Part shown: positions 59,599 through 64,000 of the stretch, piece by piece | Numbering within the stretch: the first letter of the stretch is position 1 | How the letters are laid out: each line of letters opens with the position of its first letter | Source of the DNA: Setoptus koraiensis | Lineage: Eukaryota > Animalia > Arthropoda | Length of the DNA stretch: 64,000 nt | Reading direction: 5' to 3' | Assembly (NCBI GenBank): GCA_048013815.1 | Contig: CM106585.1 | Span: forward strand, 2,790,001-2,854,000 | Position numbers and translations under genes: made by a program | The notes under the pieces: model-generated | Databases searched by the model: none | Told to the model about the DNA's origin: nothing | The model's input: only the letters and a program-made list of their open reading frames with translations

Positions 59599-62500
59599 TT
59601 ATTTATAAAACTTAAATTTTTTCGATGCTATCGCTAGAAATATCACAAACCAAATCAAGCAAACGATAAATCCGAGACTGACATTTTTATCACTAAGATC
59701 GCGCCCTTTCAATGTGATGCCTCTGAGCGCCTTTACTGGCAATGTGAGTGGCTGAATGGCACTGAAGATTTTGAGCCAGTTAGGTATTGCTTCCAGCGGC
59801 CAAAGTATACCAGACAAAGTCAGCTTGACAACCAATGAACTTACTATTGTTAAAGCGGCAGCGTTCTGATCTTGACAAAGCGAGCTTATGAGCAGGCCAA
59901 ATGCGATTCCAGTGCAATTCAGTAATATCAGCAACATATATAACAAAGTTGGCGACCCAATAAGTGGTTGATCTAATATAAGGAAAGTTAGAGCCATCAA
60001 GAAAGCTATCTGTGCCATCATAACTAGAGATCTGAATACCGCATGAGCAAATAAATAAGTAAATGGACTAATTCCTGTTGTGTAAGTCCTTTCGAGAATT
60101 CCTTCTCCTCTCTCTACAACCATTATGAATGTTGTAAGGCCAGCGGCCATGAAATAAGTTAAAGAGGCCTGAAAAGAGAAGAGAGAAAAGTATTAATAGG
60201 TATTGATATCGAGCACATCATGTCTCATATGCGTTGAAAGCATTTACGCACCATGAGACCGGCTGCAATGGATTCTGTGTACCCATCCACAGATGATCCA
60301 ATCAAACTAGGCTTAATCTTAAAAATTGGTGTTCCCATTTCTACTGGAAGATGCTCAAACCCTAAAAATTCTTTGTTTAAGAATTGCTTGTAAGATTCCA
60401 TGAGTGATCTTAAACATAAAATATCCAATATCCGGCGGGTCTTGTCTGAATGTAATCTTATCAGAGACTCATTGACAGTTTGCGCGTCTATCTCAAGTAG
60501 GTCTGGAAGATTGAATCGTTCAGTTACTGCCTCTGTAAAATTTGGTCCAAATTCAAGCACTGCCCATAAATTTGCTCGACTTACATCGTTGACAGCTTCA
60601 GTGAGATTCGGATAGGGTTTCAGATCTAGCATCGAGGTGTCAAGGTAGGATAAAAATATTGAACTTAGTGGTTCAAGTTTGTCCCCAGATTCAAGGGTCG
60701 TAAAATAGGATGATGGATTGTCCATGTTGACTATTCCCAATCCTATATTTGTTGGCTTGCCACCAATGCAGAGGCAAAATGTAATCATTTGAACGATTGG
60801 CAACATGAATTGAAATATAACTAATGGAATAGAATTAAAATTTCTCTTGTAGTTCTTGTAAACTAAAGCTTGAAATAGAACAACATTTTTCCTTAGTGAA
60901 CTAAACCAATTCGTTTTAGACTTTATGTTCAATTCGTCTATGCCGAGCGTATTTGTCCTTATTGCTGAATCAAACTGTGATGAATCTATTCTCGCACTAT
61001 TATTAGAAGTTGAGCTTGACTTATAAGAACGATTGAACGTATCATCTAACTGAGATTTGTACGAAGTTTTCAATCCTTTTTCGGTCAGCGAAAGTATTCT
61101 ATTGCCATTGTGGGTATTCACTGTGTTCGGACTATAATTGCGTCTTGAACGAAGTCCACGAAAACAGCAACCACTTTCGGCGTCTTCATCTGGTTCATTA
61201 ATATGTAATACACTCACAGATCGCAGCGTCTTATCGGACGATATACAATCCGGCTGTATTATTTTGTTCTTGTTAGAAGGAAGGAGCGATTTCGCATTCA
61301 AATTATCATTGCGAATAATATTATTTTCATCTTGGCTGCTCTTGCTGCAAATCTTCAAAAAGGCTTCCTCTAGTGTCAGCGACGATTGTGAACGCATTAT
61401 GTTTTTTGGAGTATCTTGCATCACTATCTCGCCGTTCCTCATTAGGGCCACTAAATCTGCGCGCGCTGCTTCCTCGATATAATGGGTTGTAATCAAGATG
61501 GTCTTGTTTTCGTTGGATGCTAATCTTCTGAGAAATGTCCAGATGGCCTTTCTCAGAAGTGGATCGACACCTACAGTTGGCTCATCTAAAATAATTAACG
61601 GAGGCATGTGAAAGCACGCTATGGCGAATGAGACACGACGCTTCTGACCACCACTCAGAGTGGCGACTATTCTATCTTTGTCTGGCAGGTCTAAGAATTT
61701 CGTCATAAACTCGATCCTCTCTGTAATTAAATTCGTAGGCATGAACATGTAACGACCAAACATGGTCAATATCTGACTAATAGAAAAGTCCTCGTAAAGG
61801 CCTAAATCTTGTGGCATATAGCCAATATGTTTTCCTGGAACATGGCAATTTTCTGAGTCTCTACCTTTGTGACCGTCTTTTATGAGATCATGACCAAAGA
61901 GACGTATTGTTCCGCTTGCTGGTCGTAACAATCCAACCAAACATCTTAATAGAGTTGTTTTACCGCAACTGCTGGGCCCCAGGAGCCCATAGATGTTGCC
62001 TTGAGGAATGTTCAAGTTGATAGATTTCAATATAGGTATAAATGAGCATTTTTTTGAGCATATCATTAGATCATTGACTAAACTTTGTTTCCTTGAAATA
62101 CTATAGCAAACGTTTTCAAAGATTACTGCTTGACAAAATTGATATTTGAGCGCAACAATTGCATGTGTTGGATGAGCTTCACTATGCTCCGCTTCTCTTT
62201 GTTTATTTGCAATATAATCAATTTGACTAGTATGATTAGTTTCAGGTAACGTATAGTTGCTGAGCTTTTTAAGAACGCCACTAACAGGCTTGCTTGGTCC
62301 GTATCCATCATTTGTATCAACGAATCCCTGATTGGAGAAAGCGTATTTTTCGTTGTTGTGCGATTTACTGCAACTTTTTGTTTTAATTTTATCATTTGTA
62401 TTCAGTGGTTTTTTTATGTGGTGAGATGACATGTAATTACGTAACACTGGCGGAGAATCTTCGTTACTTATTGCAGTCTGGAGGTTTTTGCTACACATAT

Positions 62501-62612
62501 CTTGAGTTTGACAATTTTGATTCACTTCTCTCGTCGTCTTGTGATCTTTTTCAGTGGCCAAATCAACATAGCGCGACTCGTGATGAACTTTAGGACAATA
62601 GTTCACTGCCAT
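59599..62612 (-). CDS. ABCH: ABC transporter subfamily H half-transporter (NBD-TMD), ~976 aa; exons 62612-60252 and 60168-59599
   Basis: Walker A GLLGPSSCGKTT, signature LSGGQKRR and Walker B ILDEPTVGVDPLLRKAIW. A phase-0 intron (gtgcgt...tttcag) joins SIAAGLM|ASLTYFMAAGLT...VERGEGILER, followed by ABC-2 type TM helices. AATAAA overlaps the stop codon. Confidence 0.9.
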
Positions 62613-64000
62613 TTTTATTGCGACTCAACCTACCAGCCGTTATCGTCAACAATGATGATACTGACCACTACAGCGGGATAGAATACATTGATCGAAATAG
62701 TTTTAATTGTTCGCTGTGAAGATGGACAATGCTGACGCTGTTTATTACTACGAAAACACTCTAAAGAAGATTAAACAATTCATCTCTCTTCCTTGTTGTT
62801 AGTGTTTAGTTCAAGATAAGATCGACTATCACTTGTTGCCCTGTTCGTTCGACTTGAATCTGGTTTAATTTGCTGATTTGCTTCGTACGACTTTGATTCT
62901 CGGTGAACTCGTTGTTGTTGTTATAAGCAGTAATCTGGCACATTAAGCGAGATGTTTGATTCTAACGGATAGAGACACTAACAAATGGATGAAGCAACGA
63001 AGTGCATGTTGAGCAATCAGTTAATGGCAATGGCAATGATATTCAATTTGAGATTCATTCGATCTGGCTCGTAAGGCTGATAATGAACGAGAGCGACAGA
63101 TTAATCGAGACAAACACCTGAATGATTGATTATGTTGTTGAGCTATCTGTTCATTCAGCACTTTTCCTTCCTTCGATAGATTTTATTATTTTGGATTTAT
63201 TACGTGTTATTTGTTTATTCAATTTTTGAATGTTTACGACTGTCTTTCCTGGGCTAGGTCTAACTAGAATAGCATATCTTCTGCACTGTTCGTTGATGGC
63301 ACAATGAGCATGCAATCAAAGAATTTTCAACTAATCACGATAACATCCACTTTTTGCCTCTAACAATTTATGCCATTACACAATAACAAACTAACCAACT
63401 ATATATGGCACATGGTTCAGTTCAGTAACTTGGACAAGGGACGTTCCTCGTTCGATGAGTCAAATTCTTGTTTGTTTCTTTTCGCTTACTTACTCGTTCA
63501 AGTGTGTGATATCAATCACTGAATATATCCAACTATAAATGAAGAGGAGATTCAAGATAAATCTCTAACCCCTAAAATATCAAGACAGTGACCGCCCTCG
63601 TTCATGCACTCTTTTATCTTTCTTTTCACTACAACTATGAAACTAAGTACAGCCCATGCTTATATCATAATGGTGATTGGTAGTGTTCAAATAACTATAA
63701 TGAGCAACATAAGGAAGTCTGTGCGTTTAACTTTCTTCATTTATGTAACCAGTTTTGCACTCGTATTGGCGATGCTTGGCTTCCTATTTTTTCGATTCAT
63801 TGCAAAGCATTCTTCTGACTTTAACTAACTAAATGTTATACCAGGCCCACAAAATCCATTCTAAAACATAATCAATAATAATAGCTTACACAAGTACAAA
63901 TTGTCATGAAGGAAAGAAAAACCCCTATCGAGAGAAAATGCAGCAAGTCCGAATTGAATATGATAATTCTCAGCCAATATAATGATGTGTATACGTTTCA

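Noticed and set aside
63604-63828. 74-aa hydrophobic ORF near the window end
   Set aside because: AT-rich sequence gives hydrophobic translations by chance; no motif or gene-structure support within the window.
1-64000. tRNA, rRNA or snRNA genes
   Set aside because: No cloverleaf with A/B boxes or recognisable structural RNA was seen; GGTTCG-like hits lie within CDS or lack the other arms. tRNAscan-SE or Infernal would be decisive.

Overview
Eukaryotic genomic DNA, most consistent with a compact arthropod and probably a mite (inference from an ABCH transporter, few short GT-AG introns and N/Q-rich protein insertions). Host genes, left to right: 3' part of RNF10 (+); a 104-aa orphan (-); a giant ~2645-aa LRR single-pass receptor without a TIR domain (-; two ORF-track entries joined by a 134-nt intron); a prohormone-like secreted precursor (-); a 74-aa cuticle-type protein (+, 2 exons); a 788-aa polyQ membrane orphan (-); amphiphysin (+, 4 exons); a 714-aa secreted Q-rich orphan (-); a CTD small phosphatase (+, 3 exons); and an ABCH half-transporter (-, 2 exons). 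About 47.4-56.8 kb is a nested transposon cluster: a decayed Ty3/Gypsy element interrupted by two related GG...CC non-autonomous DNA transposons with 8-bp TSDs that share a 162-bp hairpin-rich cassette, a 153-bp-arm palindrome, inverted Gypsy and Copia RT fragments, a decayed Ty1/Copia element with an apparent half-tRNA-Ile primer site, a 500-N gap and a FLYWCH/MULE transposase fragment. A young hAT-type MITE lies at 27.5-28.0 kb. The best leads are the conserved cGNAg mini-hairpin cassette, the inosine-matching tRNA-Ile-half PBS, a glucagon-like 21-mer in the prohormone-like precursor and a GGGCCC-dense 10-kb island. All analysis was by eye; no database searches were run.
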